DNA of 24,724 nt from the IMG/VR virus record IMGVR_UViG_3300009154_000264, positions 1 to 24,724 of that record; one strand, written 5' to 3'. Made by a program: the position numbers and the translations under genes. Below are positions 8,701 to 17,900 of this stretch, one piece after another. Source of the stretch: a virus (Duplodnaviria; Caudoviricetes). How positions within the stretch are numbered: the first letter of the stretch is position 1; each line of letters opens with the position of its first letter. The notes under the pieces are model-generated. The model saw only the letters and a list, made by a program, of their open reading frames with translations, searched no databases and was not told where the DNA came from.

Positions 8701-9140
8701 ATGGCGGTGGCTCCGGTAGCAAATCTAGTTCCGATGGAAGTTCTGGCGGCAAAGATAGCGGTGGGTATTCTGGCACCGCAGCCCGTGGCGGTTTAATGGC
8801 TGAAGGTGGAACAATTTATGTTGGCGGCATGGCTCAAGGCGGTCAAACCCAATACAACCTTGGCTCCTACTCAGATGGTGGAAGATTGTTGCGCGGCCCG
8901 GGAGATGGTGTATCCGATAGCATCCCAGCAACCATTGGTCAAAACCAACCAGCCCGCTTAGCTGACGGTGAATTTGTTGTCCCAGCCCGCATTGTTTCCG
9001 AGCTAGGCAACGGATCTACAGAATCTGGAGCCCGCAAGCTTTATCAAATGATGGCCCGAGTGCAAAGCGCTCGCGGCAAAACAGTTGGCAAGAACCGCGT
9101 AGCTACCAATACACGCGCCGACAAATATTTACCTGCATAA
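5736..9140 (+). CDS. Putative internal virion / ejection protein (1134 aa)
   Basis: Conserved-looking N-terminus (HGRNGDSMLVHMTPREV...TINPHTGLPEA), G/A-rich hydrophobic helices, a low-complexity middle and a C-terminal GPGDGVSDSIPA...ARLADGEFVVPA...GNGS domain. Located after the tail genes. Confidence 0.6.
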   Translation: MSLHALANHMAAHGRNGDSMLVHMTPREVSGLQSLAVSQGKSMTINPHTGLPEASWLEDTLKKIPAPIAGAALAFFAPELMGTFGSTLFGAAEGSAAATALGAGATVGGVTALGTGDLGKGLQAGLGAWGGAGLYGSLAGDITGAEAGMGSVADQSAAENARLIRAEASNPENILSGRTAEDIAAEMPATGTSALQTKLEAAAANPLKYAKENWKPILAASLPVLAANQTTTQMPDTSSGAGYIRPYYFNQYTKRVEARAPVLASEWGQRSFPTAKEGGLMSLAKGGIAGYAPGGMPTGDFFDTPAEPAASTAPKFTDQQIQDAINTSRQQGFNNDQILQGAQANFGVDVSRFLNPVTQVTAAPAVSTINPAAINQLASTTAQNIGVQNAVTSPIMGGVAQLAQQTLDQNPNVVTGNASTAAVGTGMGTGFGSTTGGISALNQQTNNLADQNAVNIQTSFGTNASNANNAGIAALTPSADQQALALQAAQAGVNAGKTPAQIAAEVNAQYGKNFTAQNITDFIAANRIDPQAGSDKYVSNIAAAVAANPNATAAQIQAAMVANGLNPADVAAAMEKAGLSNAAAYAATSPQFQSTQAGQTGLAGLNANIQAAMANTAAVNPNATAAQIRAVLAKYGANDADFKRAMGMTPDEWDAKYGTGTGTGTGTVINVGTGTGTGKVIVVGTGTGTGTGTGTGTGTTRGTGTGTGTSLALLTDTNKILPIVDLGGGNLAVINGTQVATQTVSTPTTLSTANPFALPVGVAGNQTATINPNGTVSMTSGQPNMPEGGYTGIQSLVNAYTKGGGSTGYIPYAPKTMAEFNARYGNQTGGSKQAYDYLMGKAPYPVMPFTPHGQVAVPYGLQSGFEQPGPNSRYLYDKNAGTYKPNPDYVPVSYDKNGNIQYGTSQGSIDSFLAQQARNPTLTGQQLYDWMTTNNITPEQVAQARGVPLSDVLAQIAAFKPKDTTATATATTTATATDTAVAKKTSADNGGGSGSKSSSDGSSGGKDSGGYSGTAARGGLMAEGGTIYVGGMAQGGQTQYNLGSYSDGGRLLRGPGDGVSDSIPATIGQNQPARLADGEFVVPARIVSELGNGSTESGARKLYQMMARVQSARGKTVGKNRVATNTRADKYLPA
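7707..7862 (+). repeat. In-frame Gly-Thr hexamer repeats (GGNACN)n
   Basis: Blocks of GGTACA, GGAACT and GGAACC/GGAACG encode four GT runs separated by VINV, KVIVV and TR. Confidence 0.9.
8625..8675 (+). repeat. In-frame (ACAGCT)n microsatellite encoding TTATATATTTATATDTA
   Basis: Directly visible: actacagctacagctacagctacaactacagctacagctacagacacagcc. Confidence 0.85.
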
Positions 9141-9149
9141 GGATAGATC

Positions 9150-10166
9150 ATGGCAGATATTCCAACTTCAATCACGCAGTATCAGACGGGCTTTGCCCCG
9201 CAACTTGCCCCTTATGCAGAAAACCTTTTGGGTCAAGCGCAAGCTTATACGGATGTAAACGCTAACCCATACATGGCGTACCAAGGAGACTTGACTGCAC
9301 AGTTCTCTCCGCTTCAACAGCAATCCTATGAAAATGCTGCTCTTATGCAGACTCAGCCCCAGTTGCAAGCAGCAACTGCCGGGGCAGGTCAAGCAATGCT
9401 TGGTGCTTTAAACACAGGTTATCAATACAACCCGTATCAAGCGCAGTCGTTTACATCGCCGGGAACTGCTCAGGCATACATGAATCCGTATGTCCAGAAC
9501 GTGATGGATGTACAGTCGCAAGCAGCCCGCCGAAACGCAGGTATAGCTGATGCCCAACAGCAAGCACAAGCAACTCAAGCAGGAGCTTTTGGCGGCGGTC
9601 GTGATGCAATCATGCGTGCTCAAGGTAATGCTAACCTCCAACAGAACCTAGCCAATATCCAAGCCACAGGTTTAAATCAAGCCTACAACCAAGGCGCTCA
9701 GCAGTTCAACACCGAACAGCAGGCAACTCAAGCCGCAGCCAATTTAAATGCACAGCAAGGACAGTTTGGTGCCGGGTTGGGATTACAAGGTTTAAACACT
9801 GCATTACAGGGTTCCAGCGCTCTTAATACATTGGGTAATAGCCAGTACAACCAGAACATGGGCATCAACCAGATGCAGAATCAGTACGGCGGTCAGCAGC
9901 AGCAGCAAGCCCAGAACATTCTTAATAATCAGTACAGCCAGTTCCAAAATTATCAAAACTATCCATATCAGCAGATGAGCTATATGAGCAACATTTTGCG
10001 TGGATTGCCGATGAACCAGCAAGGTGCAGCAATGTATCAAGCTCCTCCCTCTACATTGGGACAGGTGGCTGGTCTTGCCGCTGGAGCTAAAGCCTTTGGC
10101 GTATTGAAAAAGGGTGGTAGAGTCAAGGCTGGCTTACCCCATTTGCTTGCCAGCACAATTGGATAA
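9150..10166 (+). CDS. Putative ejection / DNA pilot protein (Q/N/A-rich)
   Basis: Q-rich helical protein with YMNPY, AGAFGG.R and a C-terminal LGQVAGLAAG hydrophobic tail. AAGGA RBS. Located within the ejection cluster. Confidence 0.6.
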   Translation: MADIPTSITQYQTGFAPQLAPYAENLLGQAQAYTDVNANPYMAYQGDLTAQFSPLQQQSYENAALMQTQPQLQAATAGAGQAMLGALNTGYQYNPYQAQSFTSPGTAQAYMNPYVQNVMDVQSQAARRNAGIADAQQQAQATQAGAFGGGRDAIMRAQGNANLQQNLANIQATGLNQAYNQGAQQFNTEQQATQAAANLNAQQGQFGAGLGLQGLNTALQGSSALNTLGNSQYNQNMGINQMQNQYGGQQQQQAQNILNNQYSQFQNYQNYPYQQMSYMSNILRGLPMNQQGAAMYQAPPSTLGQVAGLAAGAKAFGVLKKGGRVKAGLPHLLASTIG

Positions 10167-10175
10167 GGAATAAAA

Positions 10176-11966
10176 ATGTCTATCGCGTCGCTGCCATTCC
10201 CCAATTTAAACAAGCCCGTTGGGGCACCTCCAACTCAAGACCAGATGATTGCTGACTTGATCCGGATGAGCCCCGCCCAACGCGCCCAGTTTGCCCAAGA
10301 GCATATGGATGACCCTATCTCTTTATCCGCAGCCAAGTACGTGGATAACCAGATCAAGTCCCAAGCTCAAAAGATGATCCAGCCGCAAGGCCCAATGCCG
10401 CCGGTCAATCAGTCGGTGGTTCAATCTATTGGCGCTCCAATGCCGTCAACTCAGCCCATGATGGGCATGGGAAACCCAGCTCAGCAACCCGTCAACCCAA
10501 TGCAGCAGCAGAACGAAGCGCGTTTACAGCTGCCCGGGCAAGCCGCTGCGCAAGCCAATGAACTCCCCGAGAATTCTGGTATTGCTCGTTTACCTGCCAA
10601 GATGAACTTTGCTGATGGCGGCATCGTGGGATATGCAGATGGTGGCGTGGCTAGGTTTGATGTGGGTGGTTTAAACGAAGTAGCATATCAACCCGCATAT
10701 AGTCGCAGACCTAGGTACGATAACGCTGATTACATTACCGACGAACCGGATAACACAGATAACTACGGCTATCAAATGATGCCTGTGCGCGGAGAGCTTT
10801 CCGCACGTGCGCCTATTAATATAGATAATGTGTCACCAGTCTCTCCGCATCGCGGATATATTGGAACTTCTCAAGCTCCTCAAGGCCCGAGCCGTGGGTT
10901 CCAGTCAAAAAATCCAGCCGTTCAAGCTGGCGTATATCCTGAGCATATATCTTCACCGATGGGGGTTACTGCTGCACAGCCTACTGTACAACTACCCGCT
11001 CGCCCGACGCAAAATAAAACTGCGAAACAAAGCTCGTTGATGGGGCCGCCTGTAAGTGCAATGATGCAACCAGATATTCCTGCGGCTAATCCCATGAGCA
11101 TGGATCCAGCGCAGCAACAAAGATCTGCGGTAGATGCTTTGGTTGCAGCCCAGCCAACAACGCAAGATGTCCCAACAAATGCTATGCCGGAAGCTGCAAA
11201 ACCAGCGGCAAAAGACGCAAGCGCAATGACCTCTGATGACTGGTTGGCTTTAGCTGCTGGTTTATTGAGCAATAAATCTCAATATGCATCCGAAGCTCTG
11301 GGATCCGGATTGCAGTCGCTTGTATCTGGCAGAGCAGCCCGCAAAGCAGCCGAATCTCAGCAAGCACTGCAAGCAGCACAAGCAAAAGAAGCAGTTGGTA
11401 AAGGCGGCTATTACGATTCGCTTGCAGCAGTAACTGGGCCAGAGATGGCTGCTAAGATTCGTAGCCTTAATAGTGAATCCGACCGGATTGACGCAATTGT
11501 TAATATGTACCCGCAAATGTCTAACGCGCAAATTACGCAGCTATTGGCATCCGCTCGGCAAGATGAGATGCGCTCCGCAACATTACAAGCTGGACTTCCG
11601 TATGTTGGCCCAGAGGCAATGGCGCGAATTAAACTGCAAGGCGCTCAGGGTTACGGAGCAATGGCTACAGGCCGTTATCACGATACGCTGGCGCAAGAAC
11701 TGCCAATTAAGATGGCAAACATGACTATGATTGCGGAGTCCAAAGTTAATGGCATAAAAAATGCCGCCGATAGAAATCAAGGAAACTTAATGTTGGGTCA
11801 GCTTAACTCTATTATGCGCAACCCCGGCATTCCGGGAACGCCTGAGTATGTAAACAACATGGCGCGGGCAACACAACTGCATGGTGCAATTGATGCACTA
11901 GGCGCAAATAAAGAAGGTGGTGGAAAAATATTGCAATTAAACCCAGCAACTGGTCGATTGGAGTAA
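10176..11966 (+). CDS. Putative ejection / internal virion protein (596 aa)
   Basis: P/Q/M-rich disordered regions, FADGGIVGYADGG motifs and a WLALAAGLL...ALGSGL amphipathic segment. AAGGA RBS. Precedes the giant polyvalent gene. Confidence 0.55.
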   Translation: MSIASLPFPNLNKPVGAPPTQDQMIADLIRMSPAQRAQFAQEHMDDPISLSAAKYVDNQIKSQAQKMIQPQGPMPPVNQSVVQSIGAPMPSTQPMMGMGNPAQQPVNPMQQQNEARLQLPGQAAAQANELPENSGIARLPAKMNFADGGIVGYADGGVARFDVGGLNEVAYQPAYSRRPRYDNADYITDEPDNTDNYGYQMMPVRGELSARAPINIDNVSPVSPHRGYIGTSQAPQGPSRGFQSKNPAVQAGVYPEHISSPMGVTAAQPTVQLPARPTQNKTAKQSSLMGPPVSAMMQPDIPAANPMSMDPAQQQRSAVDALVAAQPTTQDVPTNAMPEAAKPAAKDASAMTSDDWLALAAGLLSNKSQYASEALGSGLQSLVSGRAARKAAESQQALQAAQAKEAVGKGGYYDSLAAVTGPEMAAKIRSLNSESDRIDAIVNMYPQMSNAQITQLLASARQDEMRSATLQAGLPYVGPEAMARIKLQGAQGYGAMATGRYHDTLAQELPIKMANMTMIAESKVNGIKNAADRNQGNLMLGQLNSIMRNPGIPGTPEYVNNMARATQLHGAIDALGANKEGGGKILQLNPATGRLE

Positions 11967-11971
11967 TTTAA

Positions 11972-14900
11972 ATGTCCTACCGCGTAGCTTTGCCGGACGG
12001 GAATATTGCTGAGTTTCCAGATGATATGCCTCACGACGAGGCTGCATCTATTATTAAACGTCAGTTTTATACACCTCAAGAAAAACCCACTTCCGGCCTT
12101 GGATCTGCGCTTAGCTCCGGCTTTCGCGGTGGAGTTGGATCTGCCGCTGAAGCTGTTGGAGAATTTTCTGGGCTTAAAGGACTTGCGGAGTTTGGAAAAA
12201 CCCAGCAGGAAAAAGCCGCCCAAACATATCAACCAACATCCGACAAAGACATTGCTGCTGCGGATCAGCGCGGCTTGTTTTCCGGAATTGGATCCCGCGC
12301 CACTCAGTTCCTAGAGCCCTATGCTCAAGCGGCAGGTAACATTACCGGTCGCTTTGGCGCACCCATGCTTGCTGGATCTGTCGCCGCTGCGCTTGCCCCA
12401 GAAGCCGTTATTGGCGGGGCAGGACTATCCGCTGTGGGACTAGGCACTGCCAGCGCTTTGGCTGGAGCAGGAGCTACTGCATTGACCGACTTGCCTATTG
12501 AGATTGGCGAGACGCAGCTTGAACGCAAGAAAGCCGGACTGCCATCAGATCCCGTAAAAGATGTGGCTTACGGTCTAGCAAAGACTGCTTTAAACACATT
12601 CACCGGGCATTTAATGAGCGGGCCTATGCGTGGCTTGCTGGGTAAAACCACCGTTGAACAGGCTGAACTGCTTGCTCCAAAGGTTCTTGCTGGAGAGCTA
12701 ACCGCAGCAGACGCAAGCAAACAACTTACCGGCTACGCGCAGAACTTCCTGCGTGGAACTGCTGAGAACGCCATCGTTGGAACTGGAATGATGGTTGGCA
12801 ACACCGCACTTAGCCGTGCAGCCACAGACCAAAGCTTGATGTCCCCCGAAGCCCTAGCCGCTTACGGAGAGTCCGCCAAAGGCGCTATTGCTTTGTCTCC
12901 TATGTTTGGTGCATACCATGCACTGGGGCAAAAAGGATTGGGCGAGGCAAAGCTTGCCAAAGATGAGGCTGACCGCAACGCCGCGCTGGCTGATATCCGC
13001 AACCAGCAAGCAGCAAACGAACAAGCTAAGCTTGAATTCCAAAAGACGCAGCCAGACTACCTTGATAAGGTGCAGTCCGACTACATGGCAGCAGAACAGC
13101 AAAAGCTGGATCTGCTTAACCAGAAACGAACAGTTGAAGCTGGATCGTTGACTGAGACAGCTGACCGTTTACACAACAAAGACATTGATACCAAAGTTAA
13201 AGAACTGCAACCAACCATTGAGTCTTTGGCTGCGGAGTTTAATAAGTACCGCCCTGCTCCTCCCAAGGTTACTGAGCCCACCAAAGTTACTGAAGCAACC
13301 CCAGAACAAGTAGCAGCTCAAACTGCCGCCGACAAGGGTGAAGCTCCGCGAGATATAGAGCCGGTTGATACCGCCGGTCTGGATAAAAACAATGATTACG
13401 TTGCAGGTCTTATCAATGATTTAAACCTGACTGTTGAGCAACGGGATGCAATTACCGGGACTAACCTGCTTTCAAAGGTTGGTAAGCTTGGTTTAAACCA
13501 AAGCGACTGGGTAGACATTGGCAGTCTCCCAACATTTGCCAAAGGCAAAGGCGGCAAAGGAACATCTATTGCTGATAGAGTTGCTGATGGTGAGTTTGAC
13601 CAGTGGCTGCCGCATGACCTTAGATCGGAAGTTATTGAAGGCGATACCGGCAAACAGCAAGAGGCAGAAGAGTTTATTAAGGATGCGCTGCGCCAACATG
13701 GATTGGGACAGCCTTTCTATGACACCGAAACCCGCGAAGCTTTGCGGATGCATGAACAAGAAATAACCCGCATAGAACAGGAACTTGACCGTGAAAGCAA
13801 CATCGACGAAATTAATGGAGAAATCCAAGACCTCGCAGACGAACTTGCCAAAGAAGAGCATGGCAATAGAGAGCCTGCGGAATTCGGGGTTGAGCCCGAA
13901 GGTGAAGCTGGCGGTGCTGCTGAGGGTGAAGGAGCGAATGCTCCAGAAGCAAAGTTAACCGAGCCAGCCGCCGAGACTGCCGCTGAACCAGCCGCTGAAC
14001 CGGAAACGTTTGAACCCAAGCCAATTGACACCAGCAAATTACAAGATGTACTTAGTCGCGCGTTACTGCCAACACTTAAACGTTTTGGCTTGGAAGATGT
14101 TGGTTTAAAGTTTATTGAGAACGCCGGTAACTTTGATGGCGAGTACACCAAGAAGCTAATCAAGATTGCATTAGACGCAGCGCGACCGCTACAGGCTTTG
14201 CGTCACGAGGCTATCCATGCTTTAAAGGACATGGGCTTCTTCACGCCCGGGCAGTGGAAGCTTCTTGAGAACCAAGCTGACAAAGTTTGGATCGACAAAT
14301 ACTTAAAGAACCGCAACGTTGACGGCAAGGCATTGAAAGAGGGCGAAGAGTCCCGCTTTGATGCGTACAGTAAGTTGTACAAGGGCGACATGGATGCTAT
14401 CCGCGAGGAAGCCATTGCAGATGCCTTTGCTGACTTTGATGCTCATGGCGCACCCAAAGGAATAATGGCAACCCTGACAGCCAAGCTACAGGACTTCTTT
14501 GCCAAAGTTAAACAAGCATTCAAATCCGGTGGCTACGAGTCCGCTGAAGATGTGTTTAAACAGATAGAAACTGGAAAGCTTACCGCAACTGCGGAGAAGC
14601 CTACCGCAACTGCGGGAGCCAAACCTAGTTTGCGTCAAGTAACAGATTTAAATGCAGAACGTGCAAGCCGCAAAGCGCTTGATCAAGAAGGTGAGTCTTT
14701 GTTTCATGACTTGCAAACATTGATTAGCCAAGGGCGCGTAACACCAGAAGATATGCAAAATTTAAAAAATAGTTTTGCTGCTGCTGATAATAAGATGCGT
14801 GCCGCTTATGAACTAAATAAAATAATTAGAAGCATTAGCCGTCGCCCTGCGCCAGACATTCAACAAACACCAGAACAAATACAAAAAATTAGCAACGCTG

Positions 14901-17900
14901 CTAATGATGCTGTATCTCAAACTGGTGAAACACAAACTAAACCAAGCTTGCGCAGCAACAGCTATGGTTTAAATGTTTTAACTGGAAATGAATCAGCTCC
15001 AGATTTTGGAAAAAAACCGGTAGTTGATGATATAGCCAAGCATTTTGATAAAAAAGTTATGGAAAAGTTTAATCGCAAACTTGACTATAACGACCCAGAA
15101 GACATAAAAATTGCCATGAAAATGGCATTAGAAGAAGTCAAGCATCAAATGGCTTCAGATCAATCGGGTCTTGATTGGTACGACGAAGACATTAAAAAAG
15201 CTTTTGCGGACACCATGAAGGTTATACCTTCTTTAAACAGCGAGCCAAAGCGGCAACTGTTTTCAATTATGGCTGGCATTTTGTCGCCTAATATCATTGC
15301 CCGAGATAATTGGTTTATTGCAGCCAAAGCTTTTGAGCATTACGAAAAAACTGGAGTCATCCCCGGCGTAAACCCAGAGACCGGCGGTCTTTGGCAGGGC
15401 GGTACACAGTCAGCCAACAAAAAGAAACAAATGGATTTCCTTAACAACATGGTGAAAGCTATGGGTGAAAAGGATGCCCTTAATTGGTTAACATCTGAAC
15501 ACACTGTCAAAGAAATTAATGATTTCCGCAAAAGGTATGGAAACATAACCAGCGGTATTGATGGCAAATTAAGCGACATAAAGCCGGGACTTTATGCTTT
15601 TGGCCCCAAGGTTGGCCCATTTGTGTCCAACATAAACGGCATCCACGATGTAACGGTTGATAAGTGGGCAACACGAACCTTTAACCGCTATTTTGGTACA
15701 ATGACCAGCCCCGAAGGAAAGATCGTTGATGCTCCAACAGAGCCTCAGCGCAGGGCTATAAAAGCTTTAATGAATGGAGTAGCTTCAGATGCAGGCATCA
15801 AAAACTATCAAGTCCAGTCAGCCCTTTGGTTCTATGAGCAAAAGCTTTTCCGCAAGTTCGGAACGGACTCTCCCTCCTACGGATTCAGCGACGGGGCAAC
15901 AAAACTCCTCCAGCAAAGAGGAGTTGGAGGCGGTGAGGCGGGTGTCCGAGCTGCTGACGAAACGCAGGCAAAGCCTAGCCTAAGAACCAACACTCCTGAG
16001 TTTAAACAGTGGTTTGGAGACAGCAAAATTGTTACTTCCCGGGACAAAGGTATGGTGTCCGGCGAAGATGTAATGAATCGGCTAAAAATTCCAGAATCTA
16101 GGCAAGATTTTTATTGGAGAAAACTTTCAGCTGATGAGCGCAATAAGCTGATGGAAGATTACCGTAACCGCGATGGGGTTGGGCAACCAAAAGTTTTGTA
16201 CCACGGTCTAGCCAAAGATACGGCATCGTTTGCCCGCAAGACCGAGCGCGGATCACCAATATTTTTAACTGACAACCCTAAGTTTGCAGAAGGCTTTTCC
16301 AAAGATAGCTTTGCTTGGATGGCTGCACACGCAGATGATGTTTTGACGCCTCAGCAACTTGAGAAGGCTAGAAAGCAAGCTATAGCTGAAATCCGCAAGG
16401 ATTACCGCCGGTCGCCAACTGCCATGAAGGAAATGGTTGATAGCTTGAAAACTGGCGAATATGCAAAGGCTACAGGCGAAGCTCAGGATTACTTGCGCAA
16501 AGCTTACAAAGATATGCTGCAAAGCGGCCCGCACATCATGCCATTGTATGTACGCGCGGAGAAGCCGTTTGACTATGAAAATCCAGCGGACGTTAAAGCC
16601 GTCTTGGATGAGATGAACAAATTAACAGATAGCTATGGATTGCCAGTCGGTAGAAGTTACGGCGGAATCAAAGTTGGCAATTGGGAATTAATTGAATCCA
16701 AGCCAGTCCAAGATGTCATTAAAAAGCTTGGCTACGATAGCTTCTACGTACAAGAAGGTGGCAACAAGAACCTAGCCGTGTACGACTCTAAACAACTTAA
16801 ATCCGCGACAGGTAACGTGGGAGCTTATGGTGAGCGTCCAGTCACAGAGGCTGAAGCTAAGCCACTAGGAATGACCGCAGAAGAAGCCAATAAAGCACAG
16901 GCTGAAGGCGATGTACGGTTGAGCTTGCGCAAAAGTGCCACGGAAATGTTTGATCCAAAAGAAGTGGATGCAAACAGCATAACTAAGTACAAGTCTAGAG
17001 AAAAATTGGTCAATATGAATATTGATGATTTTCTTAAATTGGCTGAATACACAAATAGTGAAGATTCCAATAGCAGTCAAAAAATGATTAATGCACGAAA
17101 GCGTGTAGCTGATGGAACAAAATTTAATTCTTTGCCATACCTTTTAGTTAGTGGTAACTCTGGCACATTGCAAGCGACTGGGCATGAAGGTCGACATCGC
17201 GCCAAAGTTTTAAAAGAAGCTGGTTATGAAACCATGCCCGTTGTTCTTAAATCAGATATTAGGTGGTCGGAGCAAAACAACCCAGAAAATTTTGATTACA
17301 AAAAAAATTTCCCCGAGCGCATAAAAGCTGAAAAAGGCGCAATTGATGAAAACTTTTCAATACCATTTCCTTTTACAAGAGAAGAGGCTGGGAACAATTA
17401 TGTGCAACCAGAATCTCGCAAAAGTTTGCGCAGGGTTGAAAGCGAAATCAAGAGCTTGCCCAATGGTCAAGCGATCTATGATGCCGTTAGAAAGCGCACC
17501 ACTGCACGTGAAGAACAAGGCTATGCTGAGCGTTTAATTGGCGGTCTTGGCCCAACGCCGTTCTCCTATCTGCGTCAAAAGCTGCTTTACCAATACAACC
17601 AACTGGGTGTGTACGGTAAGCGCATGGTCAAAGAAATGGGCGGTGCTGAGCGCCTTGCTGACGTTAGCGCTGAAGCTGCTGCGCTGGAATCCGATAAAGC
17701 TGCTGGCTACGTGGCTAGTGCTTTGGGTACAGGTAACCGCATGGGCGGCGTGCCGGTCTATGAAAAAGGCTACACCAAGATATCCAATTTAAACGGCACA
17801 GTCAAAGGCGTCGTGGAAATTTTTGCCCCGTTGGCTAAGTACGGCGACCCCGAGATGTACCAAGCCTACCAGTTCTGGGCAATGGCAAAGCGCGGCGAGC

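Noticed and set aside
7562-8776. Minus-strand ORFs with (VP)n and (VA)n repeats
   Set aside because: They are reverse-complement shadows of the GT and AT repeats in the 1134-aa gene.
13262-14010. Short KVTEP and EPAA peptide duplications and an acidic linker in the giant protein
   Set aside because: Ordinary low-complexity linker slippage; the intervening ~150-aa globular-looking segment could not be assigned.
16931-17416. ParB-like motif as evidence of a plasmid-prophage partition system
   Set aside because: It is an internal domain of a virion polyprotein, with no ParA, HTH or parS repeats.
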